Assembly (NCBI GenBank): GCA_000091205.1
Contig: AP006491.2
Length of the DNA stretch: 64,000 bases
Origin: Cyanidioschyzon merolae
Lineage: Eukaryota
Strand: one strand, 5' to 3'
The number at the start of each line of letters is the position of its first letter. Positions within the stretch are counted from its first letter, which is position 1. The notes beneath the pieces are model-generated. The model had not been told where the DNA came from. It did not search any database and saw only the letters and a program-made list of their open reading frames with translations. The position numbers and the translations under genes are program-made. Below, in pieces: positions 20,669 through 30,639 of this stretch.

Positions 20669-22783
20669 TCATACGGTAAGGATACCAACCCGCCGCGCCC
20701 ACCAAAACATACACAGAATCGTGAGCGGCACCGTGAATGCCGTGATTGCCACAAAGCCGATGAACCACGAAGCATTGGTGCCGTAGATCGGCAGTTGCAG
20801 ATTCATGCTAAAGAATCGATTCACAACACCAGCGCCAGCGAAGACACAGGTCAGGACGGTCATTAACACACTGATGCGCAAAAGGCGATTTCGCATCGAG
20901 TCCAGTTGCAGATCCACTAAACCCTCGGTATCATCGATGGTGGCACCGAGGAGCCGTGCTCGGCCCGCCAGATAGTCCAGCACCCGCAGGTACGACTCGA
21001 GCAGCTCCTCCACCTGTGTGTGGGCTTTTGTCGGGCGCTCAGTGTCGGGGTGCTTCCGCATTTCGGTTAAATACATTCGAGCCATATCTTCGTCCTCGCT
21101 GAGCAGGTCTTGGAGCGCGTCTCGCACTCCGTCTACTCGAGATGAAAAGTTGCTCAACATTTGCTTCAAATAGAGCATTTCTTCCAGCTTCCTGCCGCTG
21201 ATCTTGTGTGTCAACTCATTCAGGAGGCGCGTGAGACTCGGCTCGATACACGCGAGATCTCGTTCGAGTGCGACGCACACCTCGATCAAAACGGATTCCA
21301 GCGCGTGAAGTTCAAAGGGAATCTCCTGTTCCTCATCACTCTGGGCAGCGATGAGCCGCTCTTCGATGGATCGGGCACTCTGACGCACACTCTGATCATT
21401 GGGATTGAAGAGCAACATATGATCAGCGAAAATGACGGCGCGCAGATGCGCAAGACTCACAATGATCACATGTCGCCGTACGAGAATAACGGGCCGCGGT
21501 TTTGTGGTCGGATGGATTTGTCTCAGGTCGCGGCTTTGAAGGATACCACGCAGCTCAGCCTGGAGCTTTCTGCGTTCCTTCTTGCGCTGTCGCCATACCG
21601 CGTGATGAAGCGTCTCTTCGGACTGGGAGTCTGCTGGAATGCAGTTGGCGCTGCTCGGTGCACGGATCTGATCGTTCGCCCGCGCTGCCGCCAGAATCTC
21701 TGTTGTGGTGATTTTCTCAACCGTGGCATGTCCGTTAAACCCAAACCGGAAACAAAGCAATGTGTTCAGGGCGCGTTTTGGTTTCTTTTGCTCGGCAGGA
21801 GTGTGTTGTCCAAATCCGGCGTATGGTGTTGTCGCGATGGGTTCCGGCGCCTGGCCCCGAGCACGCCCGCTAGGGCGCAACGTCGGTGGCTGCGGAAACT
21901 CCTCATCGTGGCTGTCGCGGTGCTCAGGAGACACGTTTTCCGCACTCGAGGGCAGCGCGCCTTGTCTACGCTCACTTACAGGCGAATCCTCCGCACGGCC
22001 AGAATCTCTGTACAAGTCCCGCTCGTTCGTTGTAAGCGCTCCGTGCAGGTTCGTCTCGTGTTCGGGTCCGGAACTACTGCTAGGTTCAGCGTTGTCTGGG
22101 CGTTCGCGTGTGTGCAAGCTATCCGGGGTCGCGCGTTGCGTCGCACGCTGCAACAAAAGTTGGTTGCGAATCGACTGCTGAAAGAGTTCCAGAGTCTGGT
22201 TTCGAGATCGGAGGCCCTCGAGCGCACCGCTCGAAAGAGAACGTCGGAAATTCGTTTCCTTCGACGAGTACAGTCCCGACTCTGGAGCAGGCTCGAAAGG
22301 TTCCGCGGCAACTGGTGGCGGGCCAGTCTCGAGCAGGGGCGAAGAACCCGCCACCGCCACCGTCACCGCGGACTCCCGAGCGTTCGCCTCGCTCTCGGAG
22401 CAAGGTGGCGCCGGGTGCAAAATCGTCTCATCGTCCAGGCCTTCAGAAGCGTTTAGCGGTAGAATGGGAACTCCACCGTCGCTTTCAGAGTCTGACGCTT
22501 CCATGTTGCCGAGGCGCGAGCAGCGTGTGCCCGAATGCCAACCTCGATGCGCCAGCAGCCTTGCATAGCCGCATTTGGAGCAGGGGCAATGGAGCGGGCG
22601 CGAGGGCCGGGCATGTAGACGAAGCTGCATATTTTGGGACTCTGTGGACAGGGTAGCATACAGCTGATCGTTCTGCTGCGGCACGACAGCGTTGCTGGAC
22701 TTGTGAGCACTGGGCCTTAGGCAAACAGCGCTATGCGCATGCACGTGGGTGCACAGCACCGCAAACCCATGAAAAGACTCCAT
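20669..22783 (-). CDS. Mrs2/CorA-family Mg2+ transporter paralog with a variant SMN motif
   Basis: Shares DEDMARMYLTEMR and a C-terminal two-TM architecture with the upstream paralog, but the signature reads FFSMNLQLP instead of GMN. It has a long low-complexity N-terminal region. It is convergent with 18899..20509, with the stops 160 bp apart. Confidence 0.65.
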   Translation of the reverse strand: MESFHGFAVLCTHVHAHSAVCLRPSAHKSSNAVVPQQNDQLYATLSTESQNMQLRLHARPSRPLHCPCSKCGYARLLAHRGWHSGTRCSRLGNMEASDSESDGGVPILPLNASEGLDDETILHPAPPCSESEANARESAVTVAVAGSSPLLETGPPPVAAEPFEPAPESGLYSSKETNFRRSLSSGALEGLRSRNQTLELFQQSIRNQLLLQRATQRATPDSLHTRERPDNAEPSSSSGPEHETNLHGALTTNERDLYRDSGRAEDSPVSERRQGALPSSAENVSPEHRDSHDEEFPQPPTLRPSGRARGQAPEPIATTPYAGFGQHTPAEQKKPKRALNTLLCFRFGFNGHATVEKITTTEILAAARANDQIRAPSSANCIPADSQSEETLHHAVWRQRKKERRKLQAELRGILQSRDLRQIHPTTKPRPVILVRRHVIIVSLAHLRAVIFADHMLLFNPNDQSVRQSARSIEERLIAAQSDEEQEIPFELHALESVLIEVCVALERDLACIEPSLTRLLNELTHKISGRKLEEMLYLKQMLSNFSSRVDGVRDALQDLLSEDEDMARMYLTEMRKHPDTERPTKAHTQVEELLESYLRVLDYLAGRARLLGATIDDTEGLVDLQLDSMRNRLLRISVLMTVLTCVFAGAGVVNRFFSMNLQLPIYGTNASWFIGFVAITAFTVPLTILCMFWWARRVGILTV

Positions 22784-24270
22784 GTGAACTGAGGTGTTGG
22801 CAAGAACAAGACTAAAAGTAAGAGCGTCTGCGAAAGTCCGCTGGGTGGAAGCCTCTGCCCACCGAGCGATCGAGAAAACTGCAAGAGGGATGCGGGCCTC
22901 CGTCGCGCTCTACCTGCACGCACCGACAACCGGGGCGGTGCTTCGCTAGACGAGCGGGTGGAGCAGCGGCGCGCTCGATGTCGCAACACACACAGACCAA
23001 AGCATGCTGTATCCGTTAAGCGCTAGGAATTTCGTATGCACGTTCAGATGCCAACATGTCGCGGGGTGGTAGAGTCGAATGCGCTGCTGGCCGGACGGCA
23101 CAGCATCGCCGCATGATCGCGGAAACGGCGACGGCCAGCAGCTTCAATCTGTAACCTGTCTCCGTTTTGATGAATTCGCGCCAACTTGCAACGAGTTTCT
23201 GTTCTCTTTAAGCCTATGATAGAACAAAACGGAACAGGTTGTCCAATTCGCAGGTACACGCAAAAATTCTGGGTCTCCTCCCGCTGCGATCAACGCTGGC
23301 ATTTTAGGGTATTATTCGGGGTCCGCTTCCTTTTCCTCTCTAGTCTCCGGTTCAAAATACGCTGGACTCTTCTGTCACTCCTGCGCCGTGCTCACCATTC
23401 GAAGGACGCTGATGGCAGCGTGAGAGCACCGATGTCGCTGGATATGGCTGTTGTCGACTCTTTCCATGAAGAGACGGGAGCAGCGGTCGACCTATCGCTT
23501 GCAATTCTCGGCTTTATACACAGCCTGTCGATGTGCGCTTCGCAGCGGTGATACAAGAATGTGGAGAGGTGATTCTACATGTCCACTACATGTCGTCCTC
23601 CGGGGGCCACTATGCGACATACGAATGCTTGCTTGATCGCTCGGTACATGGCCTTGACGGGTACAGAAGGCGCCGCTCGATGCCCCACGCCATAACCGTG
23701 CCCGATGCGGTTCGCGACGATCACGGGCTTCATCTGGAGGATGTCTTCGAACATTACTCCGGTCGCTGTACGTAGAAGCGCACACTGTTCAACTAGATTC
23801 AAGATCTGAGGAACGCGATGTTGTTCATGTTGCAGCGAGTACCGGAAAGAGAATGCGTGTTGGAGAATACGTCGAGAGATTGACATGCCTCTAGGTTCCA
23901 GTCGCGTCAATCGGCGACCTACGATTCAACGTTAGAGAGACAGCTGCGATAACACAAGCCGAGTCCGCGACCATTTTCGATGCAAAAAGAAACAACGGGA
24001 GTCTCTCGAAGCATAACTCGTGCGGCCTAACATGCTACTTCCGTCGAATGCCGCTCCGTAGCTTGCCAAAAAAAGACAAGGATTCGGCTCTCGATTCTCT
24101 GACGTGAGACGCTCGATGAACTTCCGCAACGCACTTGTAAAGAATGCGTCAAGGGGCGTTGTCTGCTTTTTTTCTTCGTCAGTCGTGCAATACGAATTGC
24201 AGCGCCCACGAGTTGCATTGAAAGACGTAGATAGAAAACTGAACTAATGCGAGATTTGAGCGTGCTACAC

Positions 24271-24584
24271 GTAAGTAAAGAACAAGTCTGGAGGCTTTTT
24301 AGTACGCTTTGGGTAATCATATCGGTTCGTTTACGCACCCTTTCTCAAGCGCGTCATGAATCAGCTTGATTCCGGTGACCTAACGGATTCCGGTGCGAAC
24401 GAGTCGCAGGAGCCACTTCGCAAAGACAACCGAGAATCCTAAAAGTACCCACGAACCAGTACACTCGTAATAGTGCATGTCGTACGTCGAGGCTGTACAT
24501 CTAAGAAATATAGGTCGGAAAAATTCGAAAGATGGGAAGGAATCGAGCTGCTCCGTGTTTCATTCTAATCTGGCATGGCTGCAG
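24271..24584 (+). repeat. Member (314 nt) of the GTAAG...CAG-bounded intron-like element family (introner-like candidate)
   Basis: An AT-rich island in GC-rich DNA that begins GTAAGTAAAG and ends GGCTGCAG. An internal block of about 200 bp (24329-24530) is about 70% identical to 52383-52570, including ttgattccg.tgac.taacggat and gaaaaattcgaaa. Removing it joins a short ATG-containing frame to ORF 24477..24938 in frame. Confidence 0.45.
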
Positions 24585-25096
24585 CGGGGAATCGCTCACG
24601 GTTGCGTGCCTTGTATACGGCGCTCATCGTCAGCTGACATCGACACGTGCCCTATGACGACAGCGGCCTTGGCGCGGGCACGAGCTCGGGACCCTCTCGA
24701 CTATTCCTTGAAGGCATTCTCGCACAAGCAGGCAAGGTCCCCTGGCGTAGTGTCATCAGAGCATTCACTACGTATGCCGTGCGGTATGACGCAGGCGCTG
24801 CGACGTGCGTGCTCTGCCTGCGTTCCCCGAAATGCAGGCCGGGAGGCGCGCTCGCGGATCGCCAGTAGCAGCACAGCAGCGTCTCACCGTTGTTGTGCTG
24901 TCCAAATATATCTTATTTATTACATGATTGATCTCTAGCGTTCAGGCTGCATCGTTGCCGCCGTCGACCTCTTCGCCATAAAGGCGACCGCAACGCGCGA
25001 AACTCGGCCAGCACCCGCCAGGAGCTGCAGTCCCAGTAGCCGAATGCTGTCTCTTGATCGCTACTATCCAAACAAAAACAGTGGTCGTTTTTTCTG

Positions 25097-25687
25097 ATGC
25101 GCCAGCGCGGATCGTTCGTTCGTGGTGGAGCGTTCTCAGCGCGAGCGACAGGGCGCGGCCACGGCGGTGCAGGGCGCACTAGCCGTGCCGCAGATCCCGC
25201 GGACGCGGACCTCCTGTGCTTCGGAAGTTTCGTTCATGCCTGCGAAGGCGAACTTGTATACAAAGCGATCGTACCGGATAAAGTTCCGTATTTCAATGCG
25301 CCGATTTTTCTCGAGAACAAGGCGCAGATCGGACGCGTGGAGGAAGTTTTCGGTCAACTTAGTCAAGTTATGTTTAGCGTCAAACCTGTGCCGGGTGTAA
25401 TTCCTGAGAGCGTTCGGCCTGACGACCGAGTCTACATATCTAGCAATAAACTCCTACCCGCTGCTGTGTTTACCAAGAAGGGACAGCAGGGCAACGCCTC
25501 AGGTGGCGCAAAGGCGAAACAGCGCAGGCCACTGAGGACACCCGCGACCCGCGGCGGGCGTGGCGGCTCTCGGCCATATCGCGGACGCGGCGGTGCCATG
25601 AGCACTCGGGGTGCGGGCTTTCGTCGACCGTCGTCCAGCTTTAGTGGTGGTGGTGGTGGTATCTCAAAGCGCCCGTACCGCCGGTGA
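25097..25687 (+). CDS. GAR1: H/ACA snoRNP protein Gar1
   Basis: Core Gar1 domain (FVHACEGELVYKAIVPDKVPYFNAPIFLENKAQIGRVEEVFGQLSQVMFSV...YISSNKLLP) flanked by Gly/Arg-rich N- and C-terminal tails. An ATG at 25097. Confidence 0.85.
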   Translation: MRQRGSFVRGGAFSARATGRGHGGAGRTSRAADPADADLLCFGSFVHACEGELVYKAIVPDKVPYFNAPIFLENKAQIGRVEEVFGQLSQVMFSVKPVPGVIPESVRPDDRVYISSNKLLPAAVFTKKGQQGNASGGAKAKQRRPLRTPATRGGRGGSRPYRGRGGAMSTRGAGFRRPSSSFSGGGGGISKRPYRR

Positions 25688-26149
25688 TATGGTGAAGCGG
25701 GCTCGCGATGCGTCTGTCAAGAACGGCGCTCAGCGTCTGTGCGTATTCCACGTATGTGCCTGTGCCTGCCGTGCAATCCCTCGACGCATAGGATTTTGCG
25801 TGACAGGAAGCGTGCGGTCTCGGACAGGAAGCATCGACGCAGACGAGGAATATCTCCTTCTCTTACGCAGGACAGCTTCCCGAAGCATCCAGGACTCTTG
25901 TGGGGTCTGAGTTCCAGCACCCGCGATTCGACTTTGCGAACAGACCTCGACGTGTGTCTCGACACGAGCGGTGCGGTTGCACTGCTGATGCTGGTTGCTG
26001 AAACACGCGCTGTCCCAGTTGCTCGAGAATGCTCTCATTTACGCCTATCCATTTGATCGGTGATATACTCGATATGCCAGTGTTGCGCATTGTTCGGTGC
26101 GTTTTGCAGAATACCTTTCGAAACGTTCATGGAATTCGGGTTCACCTGA

Positions 26150-27831
26150 TCAACCACGGGCGATTCCTTCGACGAACTCGACAAGCGTACGAGTAGGAAC
26201 ACCTGTCGCCATGCTCTGCTTCTCATTCCACACGGTTCCCGCGATATCCAAATGTGCCCAGGGGACTTCCTTTTTCACAAATTCCTGAAGGAAGAGGGCG
26301 GCGATAATTGCCCCGCCCCATCGACCTCCTGTGATATTCTTGAGATCGCTAATTTTGCCCTTCAGTCCCTCGCGGTACTCAGGTGCAAGTGGCATACGCC
26401 AGACGCGCTCGCCGACAAGTTTGGCGGCAGAATCCAGCCGTGCGGCGATATCATCATGAGCGGTCCACATGCCCGAGTACTCCGTGCCGAGCGCGACAAT
26501 GCAGGCCCCGGTCAGCGTCGCAATGTCGACCAGGGCATCCAAGTTAGGAATATTCTGCTGGGCGTAGAGAAGTGCGTCCGCCAGCGTTAGGCGACCCTCG
26601 GCATCCGTATTCAACACTTCAATGGTTTTCCCATTGCTCGCCGTTAGAATGTCCCCGGGATGGTACGCTTTCCCCGAGATCATGTTTTCACAGCATGCCG
26701 TAATGACGGAAAGCTCTAAATTGGGCGGCTCCAATGCCATGATGGCCTTCATCGTGCCGAAGCAAGCCGCCGCGCCGCCGCAGTCGAACTTCATCAGTTC
26801 AATCATCGAGCCGGCGGTCTTGAGGTTGTAACCGCCAGTGTCATGCGTTATGCCCTTACCAACGAGACACACGCGCTTTTGAGTCTTTCCCGGTGTCACG
26901 ACGGGTGAGGTATATTTCATATGGATAAACTTGGGAGGGAGCTCAGAGCCCTGGGCAACTCCTAGAAAAGCGCCCATGCCGAGGCGCTCGCAATCCTCCT
27001 TCTCGAGGATGGTGCAGGTTATCGATCCTCGGGAGCTTTCGGCGAGGCTCCTTGCGGTTTCCGCGAAGAACTCCGGCGTCGCTACGTTTGGTGGCGCGTT
27101 CACGATCTCGCGCGTGAGGATAACGCCGCTGGCCATCGCTTCGCCGCGCTTCACTGCGGTCTCGTCCGCACCGAGGAGATCGATGAAGGCACCGCTGGGT
27201 TTCGTTGCTGCGCCCTTTGTCGCGCCGTCCTCTTCCTCCGATGAACGGAATCGATCATCGGTAAAAGCTGCGAGCAGAACGGCTTCCGCGAGGCGCTGCG
27301 TGAGTACTTCCGGCGCTAGCGATGCCTTTCCTTGCGGCGAAGCGATGACGACGCCCAAACGATCCGGTTGGGAGCTGTCGGATTTCAACTGCGTGCTCAC
27401 AAAGGCACCAAACTGTTCAAAATATCAGTGTTGAAGTCGTCGTCCTTTCCAAGACAGTAAACGGCCACGCGCCGCACTCGCACGGTGATGGTATTGCTAT
27501 CTCCCAGCACCAGGAGGTGTGTTGTGACAGAGCTTCCGGACTTTAACCTCGGCTCCGCGTCTTCAACGAGCTTTTTCACGATTCGAGCAAGATCTGGGCC
27601 CAGTAAACGATTCGCCCGTTCAGAAAGCTCGTATATCGTGGCACCAGTTCCGCCGCTGGCACTGGATGCACTGCCAGCCGCAGCGCCACGGGTCAAGTCA
27701 GCCGAGAAGAGGCCAATGACCAAGGTTTCCCCTTCGAAGGCGTGCGAGCCCTCCGACGGCAGCGGTCTCGCTCTCAACGTCGGTAGTTGCCGTCGCTCGG
27801 ACGCCGGCCTCGGTCTCGTGGGTACAGTCAT
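26150..27831 (-). CDS. M17 leucyl aminopeptidase (cytosol aminopeptidase family) with an apparent -1 frameshift near 27411
   Basis: The catalytic domain carries the M17 signature NTDAEGRLTLADALLYA in ORF 26150..27400. The N-terminal domain (LVIGLF..., AVYCLGK) is in ORF 27397..27924, in a different frame. The frames overlap across gatattttgaacagtttggtgcc, and one extra T in the T4 run (A4 on plus at about 27411) would give a continuous ...NTDIFEQFGAFVSTQ... ORF. The first ATG of the N-terminal ORF is at 27829-27831. Confidence 0.8.
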
Positions 27832-28705
27832 AGCCAGTGATCGGATAGGCGCAAATGGAAAGACGCTTCGCCGAGCAGCGGGACGCAAACGAGCTCTCTC
27901 CCAGCACGGCCCAGCCACAAACAAACAATTGCAGAGTGCGTCCCCTTTGGTGCTAGGGCGAAAACCAGCGATGAATTCCTGTCCGGAAGCAACGTTGCAA
28001 CAGGAAAGATAAACCTATTGAAACGAGTCGCTGCTTCATGGGAGCGATAGCTTCAGCAGCGGGCGCAGCTGCCTCCAGCGACGACGCCCTGGCGCGCATC
28101 GACGCGCTCTGTTGGCCGCGGCGTTGCAGCGCTGCTGCCGATCCGGCCGTCGGTTCGTGAAGGCGTTCCCGGGGGGGCGGTGCGCGCGGCGCGGCTGTGC
28201 AGCATCACCGCGATGCATTTCCCTAGGAGCGGGGCTAGTCGAGCGAGCCTGTGTGTGAACGGTGTATGCGGCTGTATACTTGTCGTGTGGTTGCTCTTTG
28301 ATAGGGTCGAACCGGTGTCGTGACAGTTGCTGGTACGGCTTTTCGTGCATTCGTTTTCGTGCAAAAGCACGGTCTGATTTGGCTCAATTCTCCTGCGTGC
28401 TGTGTGATCATAGGCAGTGAGCGTGCTGGAACGAGGCAGGGCAACGGAGGTGTAGCGCACGCGAGGCTGGGCGGTGTGCTCGGTGCAGCCGGCTCGATAC
28501 CCTGGGGTGGCGAAACTATTAAGCTGTTGGAGCACGGTTCTCTGTTCTGGACTATCCGAACGCACGCGGGAGCTGTCGGGCTCGAGCGGGAAACTTTTTG
28601 AGCTTGGGAACTGCGAAAATGGCCATACGGCTTTCCTGAACCTGTTGCAGTAGAAGTTTGTACTGAACGCAGTTGAAGCTTGAAACAGACATCGTTTCTA
28701 GCAGA

Positions 28706-29458
28706 ATGCGGTTTGCCTGCTGGGAGCGACTCCTCGCAAGCGCGAGACAGTCTGTGAACGTGCTTACGTCCGCTCGAGGTACGCGGTTTTGTCACAGACG
28801 TGCCTTCTCTGGACGCATGCCTGTCGGTTGGGACACAACGGCACGCAAGGCACTTGCGATGAACGACATGTTTATGAGGTTTCGTTTTCAGTATCGGAGT
28901 GGCGCTATGTACAGTTCCTTCTCGACATCACAAGGAGAAACCCTATTCAGTGCAGAGCGAGTTTCAGACGCAGCAGTCTGGCGACGACGTCTGGAGCAGC
29001 GTCGGCGCCGACAGTTTTACAGCGCGTTGGGCGGCGTTGTTGGCGCAGCGTTGATGACGTTCGCGGTGATAAAAACAATGGAAGACAGCATGATCTTCTT
29101 TTACACGCCGACGCAAGTATTGGAAGAATTGCCGCCAACAACTGCAAACAGACGGATGCGTCTGGGCGGGCTGGTTGTCAGCGGTAGCCTGCAGCGCCAT
29201 GGCAACGGAGATGTTGAATTTGAGATCACGGACTTGGAGAACGAAGTTCTTGTCACGTTTAATGGGTTTCTACCAGACTTGTTCCGCGAAGGTCAGAGCG
29301 CTGTGGTTGAAGGATATATTTTGGAGCGGGAGAACGATGGACGACCGCTGCGATTCAAGGCCACTAGCGTCCTTGCAAAACACGATGAGAAGTACATGCC
29401 GGCTCAGGTTCGCAGTATGCTGGAAAAGAACCGGCCGACTCGCAGTGACACGCCCTAG
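28706..29458 (+). CDS. CCME: Cytochrome c-type biogenesis heme chaperone CcmE (System I), with an N-terminal presequence-like extension
   Basis: A TM anchor followed by a CcmE domain (FFYTPTQV...RLGGLVVSGS...FEITD...VLVTFNGFLPDLFREGQSAVVEGY...RFKATSVLAKHDEKYMPAQV) with the heme-binding His in the KHDEKY context. The track start at 28673 is TTG and the first ATG is at 28706. The N-terminus is Arg-rich. Confidence 0.8.
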   Translation: MRFACWERLLASARQSVNVLTSARGTRFCHRRAFSGRMPVGWDTTARKALAMNDMFMRFRFQYRSGAMYSSFSTSQGETLFSAERVSDAAVWRRRLEQRRRRQFYSALGGVVGAALMTFAVIKTMEDSMIFFYTPTQVLEELPPTTANRRMRLGGLVVSGSLQRHGNGDVEFEITDLENEVLVTFNGFLPDLFREGQSAVVEGYILERENDGRPLRFKATSVLAKHDEKYMPAQVRSMLEKNRPTRSDTP

Positions 29459-30500
29459 TGTCGACATCTCGCACTCCATGAAAGCTTAAATGCACAAGAG
29501 CACGGGAGAAGGAAGCAGCGTGAACCCCGAATGGTGAGCATTGCGTGCCGCTACTGGCGTTCTGCTGCTATGGAGCCAAATCCGCAGCCACGGAACCTAT
29601 TCCGGCTGCATCCTCTGAAACATATGTCGCTCACACAGCACTAGTTCTCAAGGAGAGGCCTGCGTCCTCAAACAGCGACAGCGCGTATTTTCTTAGAAAA
29701 CATCCGGACTTTCGACTGATCAGCACCGCGGGATCGCTGGCGAACTGCTGGTATTCTGCGCCCGGCTTGATCGTTATCAACTGCATCCGCAAATCTCTTT
29801 ATTCGATGTGACGCCATGCGTAGAGCAGTTTCAAATAGGAAACTTTGCGGATACCTAGAGTAAGCCGAAACTTGTTGGGCGTATTCGCGCAGAAAATAGC
29901 GGTATCCAATGCTTTCAGGGCTGTAATCTTTCAAGTGTTTCTCAGCGTGGCTTCAGAACGACAGGAATATGCAGGGCAAACGAATGATTAGGGTTGCAGA
30001 GCACAAGGAAAGGCCTCTGTGCTGTTTCCGCTGTGCGTGGATGCCTCGCGCACGGGCCATGCTTTCCGCGCCGACGCAAACACTATCGTTCGTCGCGGGT
30101 CACCGCTGTCGCACTTGTTGGAGAAAACGGCGTATTTTCCTCGTCACGCACTGGAACCGAACGAACCACGTTTGGAATCGCTGGCGCGACGCTCCCAGAC
30201 GCAACAAACTTGATGGGAAACCTTCGAAAGGCTCCGCAAATTTTGCAGTGAAGCACTAGTCGTTGTCGGCGAACGCGTACAAACGTGTTTCTTCCAGGTT
30301 GGAAGATGCTGCCACAGCGCTTACAGGTGTGCCGCTTGACATTCTCACAGTCCAGTTGAAGGTTCACCCTCGTAGCGATCTTTCGCATGAGCAGCACATA
30401 CGAGCGCGAGACCGCCGATAGGCTCTGTTGCAACGCCCTGGCAGCGCGCCACAAGTGTGCGACTCGGGCTTCTGCATCCCGTGAACGAGTGTTTTTGTAG

Positions 30501-30545
30501 TTGTTCTGCTTGTTCTGCTTGTTCTGCTTGTTCTGCTTGTTCTTC
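30501..30545. repeat. (TTGTTCTGC)n microsatellite with a 9-bp unit of about 4.5 copies
   Basis: Read directly. It lies about 100 bp outside the outer end of Fanzor-like copy A. Confidence 0.9.
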
Positions 30546-30639
30546 TGGGATGAAGAAGAGCATTGCTTCGCCATGCAGTGTCCCTACTGAGCGGACTAGA
30601 AGCGGCAGTTTTCAAAGCGTCGTTGGTGGTCACAGCGAA

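Noticed and set aside
21161-22456. 431-aa plus-strand ORF
   Set aside because: It is entirely antisense to the Mrs2-like CDS (20669..22783) and Arg/Ala-rich. It is a typical spurious long ORF in GC-rich coding DNA.
29864-29927. Possible fourth GTAAG...CAG element (GTAAGCCGAAACTTGTTGGGCG...TGCTTTCAG)
   Set aside because: It is only 64 nt and similarity to the family is limited to the first ~25 bases. Too weak to call.
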